Assembly (NCBI GenBank): GCA_034678415.1
Contig: JAXDBV010000045.1
Coordinates: 1,317-65,316, forward strand
Origin: Bacteroidales bacterium
Lineage (GTDB): Bacteria > Bacteroidota > Bacteroidia > Bacteroidales > VadinHA17
DNA: 64,000 bases
Direction of reading: 5' to 3'
The translations under genes and the position numbers were made by a program. Positions 56,201-64,000 of the stretch are shown one piece after another. The stretch's first letter is position 1. The number at the start of each line of letters is the position of its first letter. The notes below the pieces were generated by a model, which worked only from the letters and a program-made list of their open reading frames with translations, was not told the origin of the DNA and did not search any database.

Positions 56201-56653
56201 TGCGTTTACGTTAGAGCGGAAGGCGGTAATTCACCTTATATTTATACTATATTGCCGGGAGGTACACAGAATACCAGCGGTGATTTCTGTGGCTTAGTGC
56301 CTGGCACCTATACGGTTAGTATTGATGACGCCAACGGATGTGGACCCATTGTTACACGGGGGATAACCGTTCCTGCACCGGAAGATCTTATATTATATGA
56401 TGCAATAACGCCCAACGGCGACCAGGTGAACGACGAATGGAATATTCACGTGATAAACTGCTTCCCCGATGCCATTGTAAGGATATTCAGCTCATGGGGT
56501 ACCCGAGTATTTGAATCGGAAGCCGGATACCCTGTTCCGTGGAATGGAAAATTCAATGGGAAAGATCTGCCGGCCGGAACGTATTATTATGTTATTGATC
56601 TTAACGGAGACGGATCCGTTCAAATGAAGGGTACCGTAAATATTATTAAGTAA
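53267..56653 (+). CDS. Large T9SS-secreted cell-surface protein: signal peptide, SBBP-like beta-propeller region, 7 SprB-type repeats, type B C-terminal sorting domain
   Basis: Signal peptide MKNAKILFLAFLATLAGTL. The N-terminal approximately 470 aa carry recurring G-N-hydrophobic-Y/F-hydrophobic-T/A-G-x-F blades (DDGNIYITGGF, GDCNIYYTGSFF, AYHNFFATGTF). The last approximately 88 aa (ITPNGDQVNDEWNI...WNGKFNGKDLPAGTYYYVIDL) form the gliding-motility/type B CTD. Confidence 0.85.
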   Translation: MKNAKILFLAFLATLAGTLRSLPQDCWECLSQISSTANMAANAGAFSELDNNGNLYIFSDYTGPITIRSRTIPYGGNTDIVLMKMNAETCDTLWIRVVNGVNKEAARDMKLDDDGNIYITGGFTVSANFNGTVITSPDGTEDIFLAKYNPEGNLIFARNVGYGAGIQRSSAMIVDEQDSIAMLGIYNTQITFSTGKSFTGDAAFDNFFAKFSITDGNHGSIKNWNGTDGATRLNSIDVACTDGYYIGGTFYGTLTPPCNSDVTSTNQGDILLSKVDKDGCVVPGWIYTYGSTGPVNYHDVLSSLSSDGDCNIYYTGSFFRTLNMDGSIIQADGGNQDIYVAKKNAAGTLQWVKRFGSGSWDEGLCISTNDAIIGVGGFFRGDLVWGRDTVTSEEPADDDSFVGIITPDGKPFAIYNPHGRLSRTLDVAIDAYHNFFATGTFRGTKIDFGCDMSLTKTPPRADNLRDLWIARHGPVISLEFLVDSITCYGGNDGAIDMTVIGNLEPYTYLWEIVSGGCGIANPNAEDLSGLCAGIYKITVGYSGGLKTDTVLVPGPPQFIIDSAKVTQQVTQCYGDCSGEIRVYARGGTGTLKYTLQPGNIVNTTGIFSNLCADTYTVTVSDYHNCSLTSQELTVIQPPSLVLLLDIKTDITCYGLNNGRIEMNGSGGTGPLQFTLNPGNVTNDDGIFTGLAPGSYTICLTDANTCGPVCVGPIDILEPDSLQIVSVTQTHLLCHGGANGEICVTAQGGKGTLSYTLTPGNITNTTGCFTGLVAGTYCVTVDDANSCGPVDTCDIVLLQPEMVSFTKTQTDATCFDVCDGSITVSATGGNGEYEYSRDGGSTWQISNVFSDLCDNSYTIRVKDSYGCLSPDSVVQITQPSMVSFTYEKTDISCAGEHDASVTITASGGNGTYLYSINCGSSWQDLPVFPGLAPGTYCLLVKDWRECHSDPVNMEIVAPEPLTIADIDSTGITCEGQVNGCVYVRAEGGNSPYIYTILPGGTQNTSGDFCGLVPGTYTVSIDDANGCGPIVTRGITVPAPEDLILYDAITPNGDQVNDEWNIHVINCFPDAIVRIFSSWGTRVFESEAGYPVPWNGKFNGKDLPAGTYYYVIDLNGDGSVQMKGTVNIIK
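54692..56389 (+). repeat. Seven tandem approximately 81-aa (about 243-nt) Cys-containing SprB-type repeats inside the cargo gene
   Basis: Each unit has the pattern x-(T/Q)-x-x-x-C-(Y/H/F/A/E)-G-x-x-(N/D/C)-G-x-(I/V)-x-(V/M)...GG-x-G-x-(L/Y)-x-(Y/F)...G-x-(F)-x-x-L-x-x-G-x-Y-x-(V/I)-x-(V/L)-x-D-x-x-x-C. Examples are ITCYGGNDGAIDMTV, ITCYGLNNGRIEMNG, LLCHGGANGEICVTA, ATCFDVCDGSITVSA. The repeats are diverged at the DNA level. Confidence 0.7.
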
Positions 56654-56665
56654 AATTTCTGAGCG

Positions 56666-57556
56666 ATGAAAAAAATAATCCTTATTATCAGTACCATATG
56701 TGTCGTGTATCCCGTCTCATCCCAACAGCTGGTTCAGAATAGCCAGTACATGCTGAACCTGTACGACCTGAATCCTGCCATAGCCGGAAGTACAGACGGC
56801 ATACCGCTGGCCTTCTCATTCCGTAAGCTTTGGGCGGGATTTGAAGGATCGCCATCGCTCCAGAACCTGTCTGCGCATATGGAGGTGGCAGAGCATATGG
56901 GTGTGGGGGCAAAGCTGTTTAATTTTACGGCGGGTCCTCTGCGCCGTACCGGTTTCGAGGCGACATATGCATACCATATCCCCCTGGGAACGGGAGAACA
57001 GAAACTGGCTTTTGGCTTATCAGGGCTTATCTATCAATACTTTATTGATATTGGCAGTCTGACCCTTGAAGATCCGGGTGACGTTGCCATTGCCGAAGCA
57101 GCGGATAAAATGATCGTTCCTGATGTATCGTTTGGAACTTATTACTACGGTCCGAATTACTACCTGGGGCTTGCCATACCACAACTCTTTGGCCGGAGGG
57201 TAGATATGAAAACTGATAAAGTGCTGGAACAAAGACAGGTACGTCATTACTTCCTTCACGGGGGATATCGCTTTATCCTGTCGGAAGATATTACGCTTGA
57301 CCCATCCCTTCTGCTCCGGTTCATCGAAGCAGGACCGTTCCAGGCCGATATCAATCTTCGTGGAACATACTCGGACATGGTGTCCCTGGGTCTTTCATAC
57401 AGGACCGGTGATGCCCTTGCCGTCATGGTGGGATATAACCACGGACCTTTCCTTGTAGGGTACAGTTATGATATCACTCTTTCGGATATCAAAACCGTGA
57501 GCAATGGATCACACGAGATCATGCTTGTTTACCGGTTCAGTAGCTTCCTCAAATAG
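56666..57556 (+). CDS. PorP/SprF family type IX secretion system membrane protein
   Basis: Signal peptide, then SQQLVQNSQYMLNLYDLNPAIAGS. It is a paralog of 216-1199 and lies 12 nt downstream of the type B CTD cargo gene. Confidence 0.85.
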   Translation: MKKIILIISTICVVYPVSSQQLVQNSQYMLNLYDLNPAIAGSTDGIPLAFSFRKLWAGFEGSPSLQNLSAHMEVAEHMGVGAKLFNFTAGPLRRTGFEATYAYHIPLGTGEQKLAFGLSGLIYQYFIDIGSLTLEDPGDVAIAEAADKMIVPDVSFGTYYYGPNYYLGLAIPQLFGRRVDMKTDKVLEQRQVRHYFLHGGYRFILSEDITLDPSLLLRFIEAGPFQADINLRGTYSDMVSLGLSYRTGDALAVMVGYNHGPFLVGYSYDITLSDIKTVSNGSHEIMLVYRFSSFLK

Positions 57557-57676
57557 GGATTCACGAGCGATAATGGCAAACCGGGGCTCTTTCGGGAGCC
57601 GTTGATTCTGATAAAATCATCCGGCCATATATGTTTTCTTGTGCCTATTAATTAAGTTTACACAGTTTTTTTAGTT

Positions 57677-58960
57677 ATGAATGTATTAATTCTTGGATCG
57701 GGGGGCCGTGAACATGCCCTGGCCTGGAAACTATCTCAGAGTCCATTGATCAGTAAACTATTCATCGCTCCGGGAAATGGCGGGACACTCGTGCTGGGTA
57801 ACAATGTGAACATTGCCGCCAATGATTTCCGCAATATCGGCAAGTTTGTTGTTGACGAACGTATAAATATGGTTGTGGTGGGTCCTGAAGTGCCTCTCGT
57901 GGAGGGTATTTATGACTACTTCCGGGAACGGCCTGAGCTAAAGGAGATCCCGCTTATCGGGCCTTCAAAAAAGGGTGCCATGCTGGAAGGTAGCAAAAGC
58001 TTTGCTGATGAGTTTATGGAACGTCATCATATACCCACCTCACGGTTCAGAAAATTCACATCGGAAACCTACGAGGAAGGCAAGCATTACCTGGAAAGTA
58101 TGAAACCACCTTATGTGATAAAAGCGGACGGCCTGGCTGCCGGTAAAGGTGTGCTAATACTTGATGATCTGAATGATGCCCAGGATGAGCTCAAGGAAAT
58201 GTTGGACGGAAGGTTCGGCGTGGCCAGCCGTACCGTGGTGGTCGAGGAATTCCTCGAGGGTATCGAAGTGTCAGTCTTTGTCCTTACGGATGGACAATCA
58301 TATCTTCTGCTTCCGGAAGCCAAAGATTATAAAAGAATCGGCGAAGGGAACACAGGACTGAATACGGGTGGCATGGGGGCAATCTCTCCCGTACCCTTTG
58401 TGAATAAGGAGTTTATGGAAAAGGTCGAGAAAAGGATTATTAAACCTACTGTCAGAGGACTGAAAGAAGAGGAGATCGACTATACAGGTTTCATCTATTT
58501 CGGGCTCATGAATGTCGGCGGGAATCCGTTTGTGATCGAATATAATGTGAGACTTGGCGATCCTGAAGCTCAGGTTGTGTTACCGCGCATCAAGGCCGAT
58601 CTCCTTGAACTATTTGCCGCCGCAGCAGAAAAACGCCTTCATGAAAAGAAAGTGGAAATTGATGAACGGTTTGTTGCAACGGTAGTGATTGCCTCAGCCG
58701 GCTATCCTGATATGTATGAGAAAAACAAACTGATCGGTAACATGGAAAAAGTGAAAGACAGCATCATTTTTCATGCCGGTACCAGGAAAGAGCTCAGGAG
58801 GTTTTTTACCAGCGGGGGACGTGTACTCAACGTGAGCTCCTATGGAAGAACCATGCAGGAAGCCTTGGAGATATCCTACAAAAACGCAGACCTGATCAGT
58901 TTTGAAAACAAATATTACCGGCGGGATATTGGATTTGATTTGCATCCACAGAATGAATGA
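57677..58960 (+). CDS. purD: Phosphoribosylamine--glycine ligase
   Basis: MNVLILGSGGREHALAWKL, the ATP-grasp motifs VIKADGLAAGKGV and EEFLEGIEVSVF, and EYNVRLGDPE. Confidence 0.93.
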   Translation: MNVLILGSGGREHALAWKLSQSPLISKLFIAPGNGGTLVLGNNVNIAANDFRNIGKFVVDERINMVVVGPEVPLVEGIYDYFRERPELKEIPLIGPSKKGAMLEGSKSFADEFMERHHIPTSRFRKFTSETYEEGKHYLESMKPPYVIKADGLAAGKGVLILDDLNDAQDELKEMLDGRFGVASRTVVVEEFLEGIEVSVFVLTDGQSYLLLPEAKDYKRIGEGNTGLNTGGMGAISPVPFVNKEFMEKVEKRIIKPTVRGLKEEEIDYTGFIYFGLMNVGGNPFVIEYNVRLGDPEAQVVLPRIKADLLELFAAAAEKRLHEKKVEIDERFVATVVIASAGYPDMYEKNKLIGNMEKVKDSIIFHAGTRKELRRFFTSGGRVLNVSSYGRTMQEALEISYKNADLISFENKYYRRDIGFDLHPQNE

Positions 58961-58963
58961 GGT

Positions 58964-59959
58964 ATGCTTCTGAAACTGTTCAAGGGGAACCAGCCGCCAA
59001 CACTTTTTCTTATCATTATCGCGGGATTGCTGTTATGGCTGCCATCCATGATAATGCCATCCGTAACGCTCCTCCCCTTTGAAGAATATCCAACCCTTCT
59101 ACAGATCATTTTTACCGGCTGGATCAGTGACCATCCACATCTACAGGTGATCCTCTCATTCGTGCTGATCGTATTGCTGGGTTTGGCAGTGAACTGGTTA
59201 AACGGCAAGTATTTTTTCATCCATGAACGATCGTTCCTGCCGGTGTTGTTTGTCGTATTTATCTCATCGACCATCCCTGAAATCCACAAATGCTTTGTTG
59301 TGGTTCTGTCATCGTTCTTCATGGTGCTCGCCTTTGACAGGATCTTCATAACCTATGGCCAGAACAGGATCAGTTTTAATTATTTTGAAGCCGCCCTCCT
59401 GCTCTCGATCGCCTCACTATTGTATTTCAATATCATTATCTTCTTTTTCATCCTTTGGATAAGCATTATCATACTCAGGCCATTCCATTGGAGAGAATGG
59501 ATCACTCCCCTGTTCGGACTATTGATTCCCTATATGTTTCTGTTTGCCAGCTATTACCTGATATATGGAGAGATCGCCGGTTTATTGGTTCAATACAGGA
59601 TGTACTTTTCACATCCTGCCGTAAGCTTCTCTTTTCAGCTGCCAGTATTAGTATGGTTAGGTCTCCTTGGTCTCCTGATCATCCTGGCCAGTTACCATAT
59701 GATTCTGAAGTTCACAACGAAAAAGGTGAGCTCCCGGAGATTTCTTTTGATTGTGTTCTGGGTTTTTCTGCTGACGCTGGCCGGTTATTTCATTTTACCC
59801 CTTGCATCGGTCGAACTGCTGTATATCCTGTCTGTTTCCGTCACCTACCTGTTTACCACGTATTTTCTCTTTCAAAAACCTTCCTGGTACGTTGAGATGG
59901 TATTTACAGTCCTTTTCCTCTGCCTTTGTGCTCTTCGGGTACTGTATGTTATCGATTAG
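58964..59959 (+). CDS. Hypothetical polytopic membrane protein (about 9 TM)
   Basis: 331 aa and almost entirely hydrophobic helices. It starts 3 nt after the purD stop. It resembles the uncharacterised membrane proteins found after purD in other Bacteroidota, but that is from memory and unverified. Confidence 0.55.
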   Translation: MLLKLFKGNQPPTLFLIIIAGLLLWLPSMIMPSVTLLPFEEYPTLLQIIFTGWISDHPHLQVILSFVLIVLLGLAVNWLNGKYFFIHERSFLPVLFVVFISSTIPEIHKCFVVVLSSFFMVLAFDRIFITYGQNRISFNYFEAALLLSIASLLYFNIIIFFFILWISIIILRPFHWREWITPLFGLLIPYMFLFASYYLIYGEIAGLLVQYRMYFSHPAVSFSFQLPVLVWLGLLGLLIILASYHMILKFTTKKVSSRRFLLIVFWVFLLTLAGYFILPLASVELLYILSVSVTYLFTTYFLFQKPSWYVEMVFTVLFLCLCALRVLYVID

Positions 59960-59977
59960 AAGGGCATCTCTGGGTGG

Positions 59978-60421
59978 TTACTGTTTGATATAACTCATGA
60001 TACCCACCGCTTCGCCTGCCTTTCCGTCTTTGAATGAGATCATGATATAGTAACGACCCGTGCGGTTACAAACAAAGTCAAAATAGGGATATATTTTATC
60101 AGATTGCCTGATGAAATTGCTCAAGAGAAGTTTTTCCTCGTCAAAGAGTTGTATTACAGCCACCCCGTCATACTTGTCTGAATTGCACACCGAGAAACGG
60201 TAACGGATATTCTTCGACAGAATCACCGAATTCCTGGATACGGGAGGGGTTTGGTTACTCTGTGCAGCCGGGAACCTGACAATAAAATCCTTCAGGTATA
60301 CGGCATTGCTGCCGGCCATGCTCCTGCACTTATCAAAAAGACTGTTGCCCGGCGCCTGCCCGTTCACGGAGGCGGCGCTCAGCAATAACACAGAGGCGAG
60401 AATCAACAGGATGGATTTCAT
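59978..60421 (-). CDS. Small secreted hypothetical protein (147 aa)
   Basis: Signal peptide MKSILLILASVLLLSAASVNGQ. The composition is beta-strand-like and there are 3 Cys. Its start is 2 nt after the upstream lipoprotein stop. Confidence 0.55.
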   Translation of the reverse strand: MKSILLILASVLLLSAASVNGQAPGNSLFDKCRSMAGSNAVYLKDFIVRFPAAQSNQTPPVSRNSVILSKNIRYRFSVCNSDKYDGVAVIQLFDEEKLLLSNFIRQSDKIYPYFDFVCNRTGRYYIMISFKDGKAGEAVGIMSYIKQ

Positions 60422-60423
60422 AA

Positions 60424-61329
60424 CTAGATCGTAATTAATTTATTCCTGAGGGCTTCAATGTTGGCGATGATGTGCTGCAAGGTCTCGGGCGTAATTTCCA
60501 CGATGCTTTTTTCATGCTGCACCAGAACGAGCATCCCGTTCTCCTCCCTCATTTCCGGTTCGCCCGTCTCAATGGTTATTTTTACATTATCGAAAGCTGA
60601 TTTCAGGTTTTCCACATCACTGATCAGGGCAGCAAATTTTTTATCGGATTTGTAGTTATTAAGGATGGCGATCAGATCGTTGATGATGATTTTCTGTTCG
60701 CCGATCCGGTTGTTGATCTCTTCATTGGGATGATCCCTGGCCACCTGGCCGGCAAGGTAAAGACCTTCCAGCCACAGACCGGCAATGATCAGGGAACTGA
60801 TGTGGCTCCTCTTGTTTTCCCTCAGGTAACGGTCCATCTGGTTAAAGCTTCTTACCGATAAGTACATGAGAGAATCAAGATTGGAGCTGCTGGTAGCCAG
60901 TCTCTTCAGCAAGGTAAAATCAAAAAACTGTCCAATTTTAAGGTCTTCAGCCAGCGAACTTACGGCCTGCAGGTAATTCAACACTATGTTGTTCTTGTTG
61001 TACATATTCAGGTACCCGAGGTCGGTGCCGAAAGCACCAAGAGCATACGCCTTTTCAAAAGTAGTATTGTAGTTGTCAAGATATGCGGTGGAAGCCAGGT
61101 AATCTTTTGAAAAAGGAGCTCCTATCTGGTTGATCAGCGCAGCCACTTCAACCGGTGATGCCAGGTTGCTGATTATATCTTCCATCACTTCCTTTTCCAG
61201 TTCAGTCTGGAATTTAAGATCAACCGTATCCCCAAATTCAAATGCAGCCTCCGGATTGTTATCATGCCTGCCCTTACATGATACCACCAACATTACTATC
61301 AGGAAACAGTAAATGAGATTTTTAAACAT
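60424..61329 (-). CDS. Hypothetical lipoprotein (301 aa, predicted all-alpha)
   Basis: Lipoprotein signal MFKNLIYCFLIVMLVVSC. The remainder is helical and amphipathic. Its start overlaps the ABC transporter stop by 8 nt. Confidence 0.6.
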   Translation of the reverse strand: MFKNLIYCFLIVMLVVSCKGRHDNNPEAAFEFGDTVDLKFQTELEKEVMEDIISNLASPVEVAALINQIGAPFSKDYLASTAYLDNYNTTFEKAYALGAFGTDLGYLNMYNKNNIVLNYLQAVSSLAEDLKIGQFFDFTLLKRLATSSSNLDSLMYLSVRSFNQMDRYLRENKRSHISSLIIAGLWLEGLYLAGQVARDHPNEEINNRIGEQKIIINDLIAILNNYKSDKKFAALISDVENLKSAFDNVKITIETGEPEMREENGMLVLVQHEKSIVEITPETLQHIIANIEALRNKLITI

Positions 61330-64000
61330 GATTTCTTTTTTTACCTGAACGTATAAAGGTAATAAAATTTACAAATTTCTGTATGTCAGTATGGCGATAC
61401 AGCTTTTTAATATTTTTATCAATATTTTCAAAATATTCAACCAGTACTTTAAAAAATTCAAGGCGCAATGTAATATATAAAAGTATAGTCATAACACATA
61501 CCACGGCGACATTAAAGTTGAATGTATCGAAGTATTTTCCCATAAAGTATTTTCTGGGAGCAAAAAAATGGGCTCTAAAATCCAGGAAACCCCTGGGTTC
61601 GGGATCAAAAAACACAGGCTGGAACTGCCGTATCAGTTCGTTTTTGTATTCCAGCAAATGATGCCTCTCATATATCTTTTTTACTATTTCCTCAACACTC
61701 TCATTGTGATAATCCTTGCGCAGGTTTCTGAATCCTTCGGGATTCAATTCATCCTCCCTGTCCAGAATGGCTTCCTTATAGAGGCTTGCCTTCTGCAGGG
61801 CATCAGTGTAATGTTCTTCCAACCGGCTGAGGTAGTCGCGTATTTGAAGTGTTACATCGGTATTGAAATCGGCGGGATTCAATTTCCCGATGAAAGTACA
61901 TGAGATGTTTGGCACCTGTTTTATTTCCTTGGCAATCTCATTCCTGAGGAGGGGTAGTTTGCCTTCTTTCCCTGGTGCAAGTTGCCCGAGATTATAATCG
62001 GTAATCACCTGGTTAAGGGCATTCCTGAGACGGGGGAGGTATTCAACCGTTTTGAAATATGCGTTGCTTTCAACACGTTCCACAGGATACAGTTTCTTTT
62101 CGTAACGGTTGTCCTTGAATTGCGTTACCATAAGAGCCTCATAGGTCCATTTTGTGGCCATCAGATCTGCAAGAATGGGCACTTCACCCACCTTTGTAAT
62201 TTTGCGGTTCAGTTTTTCGAAGCTGAACATGGCCCCGCTGAGGACCATCATAGGGATCACAAGGAGAGGCACTACGATATAGATGGTGATGGCCGAATTA
62301 AAAGCGGACGACACATTGAGTCCAAGCATGTTGGCAAAGGCAGAGGTGATAAAGAAAGCCAGCCAGTATTCGAAATACATTTCCCTGATTCCGAGGATGG
62401 TGTTCCCAATAAGGATAAACGCCAGGGCTTGCAGTGCTGAGATACTGAAAAGAAGGGTAATTTTTGATAACAGGTAGCTGGTGTAGCTGAGGTTAAGGAT
62501 AGCTTCTCTTTTCAGTATCCTGCGATCCTGGAATATTTCCTCCGCGCTCATGGTCAGTCCGACGAAGAGCGCAACAATGAGGCTCATGAATATATATATC
62601 GGGATATTCTCATTCTCGCGGAATATATATACATCAGAGCCGGGGTCGGCTATATAGCGGATGATATAGGAAAGAATCAGGGCCAGCAACGGGGCTTCTG
62701 TAAGGATCAGGATCAAATACTGCCGGTTGGCAATCTTTGACAGGAAGTCACGTGCGGTATATATGAAGAACTGTTTGATCCTTGACGGGATCCTGAGGGA
62801 TGAGGGAGGTTTTTCCTTCACCATGGGAACCTCTGTCATCTCAACATGCTGTCTGAAAATATCCACCCATTTGTCGGGCGCGATCTTTCTTTTGCCCGTA
62901 TACCGTCCGAATTCATCGACCACGTGGGCATCAATAATGTTGAAGATGGTTTCAGGGTTCACGTTACCGCATACAGGGCACTGTCCTATTTCCTTGTTGA
63001 TCTGCTCATCGACCGTCTTGAAATGGATCACTGTTTCCACCGGATTGCCATAATACACCATACATCCACCGGTATCAAGGACCAGGATTTTATCAAACAT
63101 CTTGAAAATGTCGGAAGAGGGTTGATGGATAACCACAAATACGAGTTTACCCCTCAGCACCAGTTCCCTGAGCAGATCCATCACATTGTCGGAGTCGCGG
63201 GAGGAGAGGCCTGAAGTAGGTTCATCCACGAACAGGATGGATGGTTCACGGATCAGTTCAAGGGCGATATTCAGGCGTTTGCGCTGACCGCCACTGATCA
63301 CCTTGTTCAGCACCGATCCCACCCTGAAATCTTTTTTTTCGTACAAGCCCAGATCGCTCAGGGTTTTGTGTACCAGGGCGGTTATCTCAGCGTCACTCTT
63401 ATCCCTGAAGCACAGGCTGGTATTGAAGTACAGGTTTTGAAACACAGTGAGGTTCTCCATCAGGAGGTCGTCCTGGGGTATATAACCGATCACTCCTGCC
63501 AGGCTCTTTTTGTTATGGTGCAGGTCAATACCATTCACCAACACATTCCCTACGGTGGGTTGTTCCAGTCCTGACAGGATATTTAATAAGGTTGTTTTAC
63601 CCGATCCGCTGGCACCGATGATACCGATCATCTTTCCCTGGTTCTCAGAGAAGCTGATATCCCTGATACCATAACACCCATCGGGGAATCGATAACTGAT
63701 CCCCCTGACATGCCAGGATATTTTCACTCCGGCTTCCTCGCTGATGAATCGGCTGATGATATCGCTGTAATAGATGGTTTTTGAATGTTGCAGCTTCAGA
63801 CTGCTGCCCTGGGCAAAGATGTGTATCCGGTCTCCCCTCATAGCCAGGCCGTTCAGAAACACCTCCTCTCCGCTTATTATCCTGAGGAAAAGGAGATTGA
63901 CGCTTTTTATGTACAGGAACATGAGGTATCCTGAGAATGCTTCGGCCTGCATTAGTTTACATCCCTGATCCAGTAAAGGTTCACCGGTTAGGATCAGTAC
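61322..64000 (-). CDS. ABCG-like fused ABC transporter (extra N-terminal domain - NBD - ABC-2-type TMD - approximately 270-aa C-terminal extension with a terminal TM); 5' end is beyond the window
   Basis: Walker A GIIGASGSGKTTLLNILSG, signature VISGGQRKRLNIALEL, Walker B SILFVDEPTSGLS, and H-loop VVIHQPS. Six hydrophobic segments follow, then a long soluble tail and a final TM (FNVAVVCVMTILLYITL). The frame stays open upstream of the track's ATG (63952) through base 64000 (..VLILTGEPLLDQGCKL-M..), so the true start may be outside the window. Confidence 0.8.
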   Translation of the reverse strand, partial: VLILTGEPLLDQGCKLMQAEAFSGYLMFLYIKSVNLLFLRIISGEEVFLNGLAMRGDRIHIFAQGSSLKLQHSKTIYYSDIISRFISEEAGVKISWHVRGISYRFPDGCYGIRDISFSENQGKMIGIIGASGSGKTTLLNILSGLEQPTVGNVLVNGIDLHHNKKSLAGVIGYIPQDDLLMENLTVFQNLYFNTSLCFRDKSDAEITALVHKTLSDLGLYEKKDFRVGSVLNKVISGGQRKRLNIALELIREPSILFVDEPTSGLSSRDSDNVMDLLRELVLRGKLVFVVIHQPSSDIFKMFDKILVLDTGGCMVYYGNPVETVIHFKTVDEQINKEIGQCPVCGNVNPETIFNIIDAHVVDEFGRYTGKRKIAPDKWVDIFRQHVEMTEVPMVKEKPPSSLRIPSRIKQFFIYTARDFLSKIANRQYLILILTEAPLLALILSYIIRYIADPGSDVYIFRENENIPIYIFMSLIVALFVGLTMSAEEIFQDRRILKREAILNLSYTSYLLSKITLLFSISALQALAFILIGNTILGIREMYFEYWLAFFITSAFANMLGLNVSSAFNSAITIYIVVPLLVIPMMVLSGAMFSFEKLNRKITKVGEVPILADLMATKWTYEALMVTQFKDNRYEKKLYPVERVESNAYFKTVEYLPRLRNALNQVITDYNLGQLAPGKEGKLPLLRNEIAKEIKQVPNISCTFIGKLNPADFNTDVTLQIRDYLSRLEEHYTDALQKASLYKEAILDREDELNPEGFRNLRKDYHNESVEEIVKKIYERHHLLEYKNELIRQFQPVFFDPEPRGFLDFRAHFFAPRKYFMGKYFDTFNFNVAVVCVMTILLYITLRLEFFKVLVEYFENIDKNIKKLYRHTDIQKFVNFITFIRSGKKRNHV

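Noticed and set aside
54692-56389. Roughly 243-nt periodicity that could be mistaken for a DNA tandem-repeat or CRISPR-like array
   Set aside because: The periodicity is at the protein-domain level (seven diverged SprB-type repeats in one continuous ORF). The units are not conserved at the nucleotide level, and there is no repeat/spacer structure.
1-64000. Scan for mobile elements, defence islands, CRISPR arrays, toxin-antitoxin pairs and rRNA
   Set aside because: No transposase, integrase, recombinase, phage, Cas, restriction-modification or TA-like translations appear in the ORF track. I could not find any direct-repeat arrays by eye. The tRNA-Leu has no adjacent integrase or repeat of its 3' end.

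Overview
This 64-kb window looks like Bacteroidota (Bacteroidia-like) chromosome. The signs are two T9SS type B CTD cargo plus PorP/SprF gene pairs, a Bacteroides-type sdhCAB/frdCAB operon with a b-type cytochrome subunit, a DUF2723 protein, and a TTTG / TAnnTTTG promoter candidate. I call about 57 CDS and one tRNA-Leu(CAA). I saw no rRNA, CRISPR array, transposase, integrase or phage genes.

Layout:
- (a) 1-1199: the end of a T9SS cargo gene and its PorP/SprF partner.
- (b) 1209-13658, minus strand: glyQS followed without a real break by a 10-gene surface-polysaccharide operon (wecB, GTs, a CapK-like adenylating enzyme, an NDP-sugar module, a methyltransferase, an unknown 412-aa protein, a Wzx flippase).
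- (c) 13.8-39.4 kb: housekeeping genes (nadB, S9 peptidase, dusB, CPBP protease, two M24B aminopeptidases flanking sdhCAB, S41 protease, dCMP deaminase, tRNA-Leu, ALDH, dxs, OmpA-like, frr, pyrH, tsf, rpsB, rpsI, rplM).
- (d) 39.6-53.1 kb: the most unusual part. A plus-strand operon (Wzy_C/O-antigen-ligase-like, embedded mpg, predicted beta-barrel, DUF2723/GT117-like giant membrane protein, polysaccharide deacetylase, GT4, GT2) converges on a translationally coupled minus-strand operon with four predicted sulfotransferases (three are paralogs) and a GT8-like gene.
- (e) 53.3-57.6 kb: a 1128-aa T9SS adhesin-like cargo (SBBP-like N-terminal region, 7 SprB-type repeats, type B CTD) plus PorP/SprF.
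- (f) purD, then a membrane protein, then a tightly coupled operon of an ABCG-like ABC transporter, a lipoprotein and a small secreted protein that runs off the window end.

All functional calls come from reading the supplied translations for family motifs. No database search was run.
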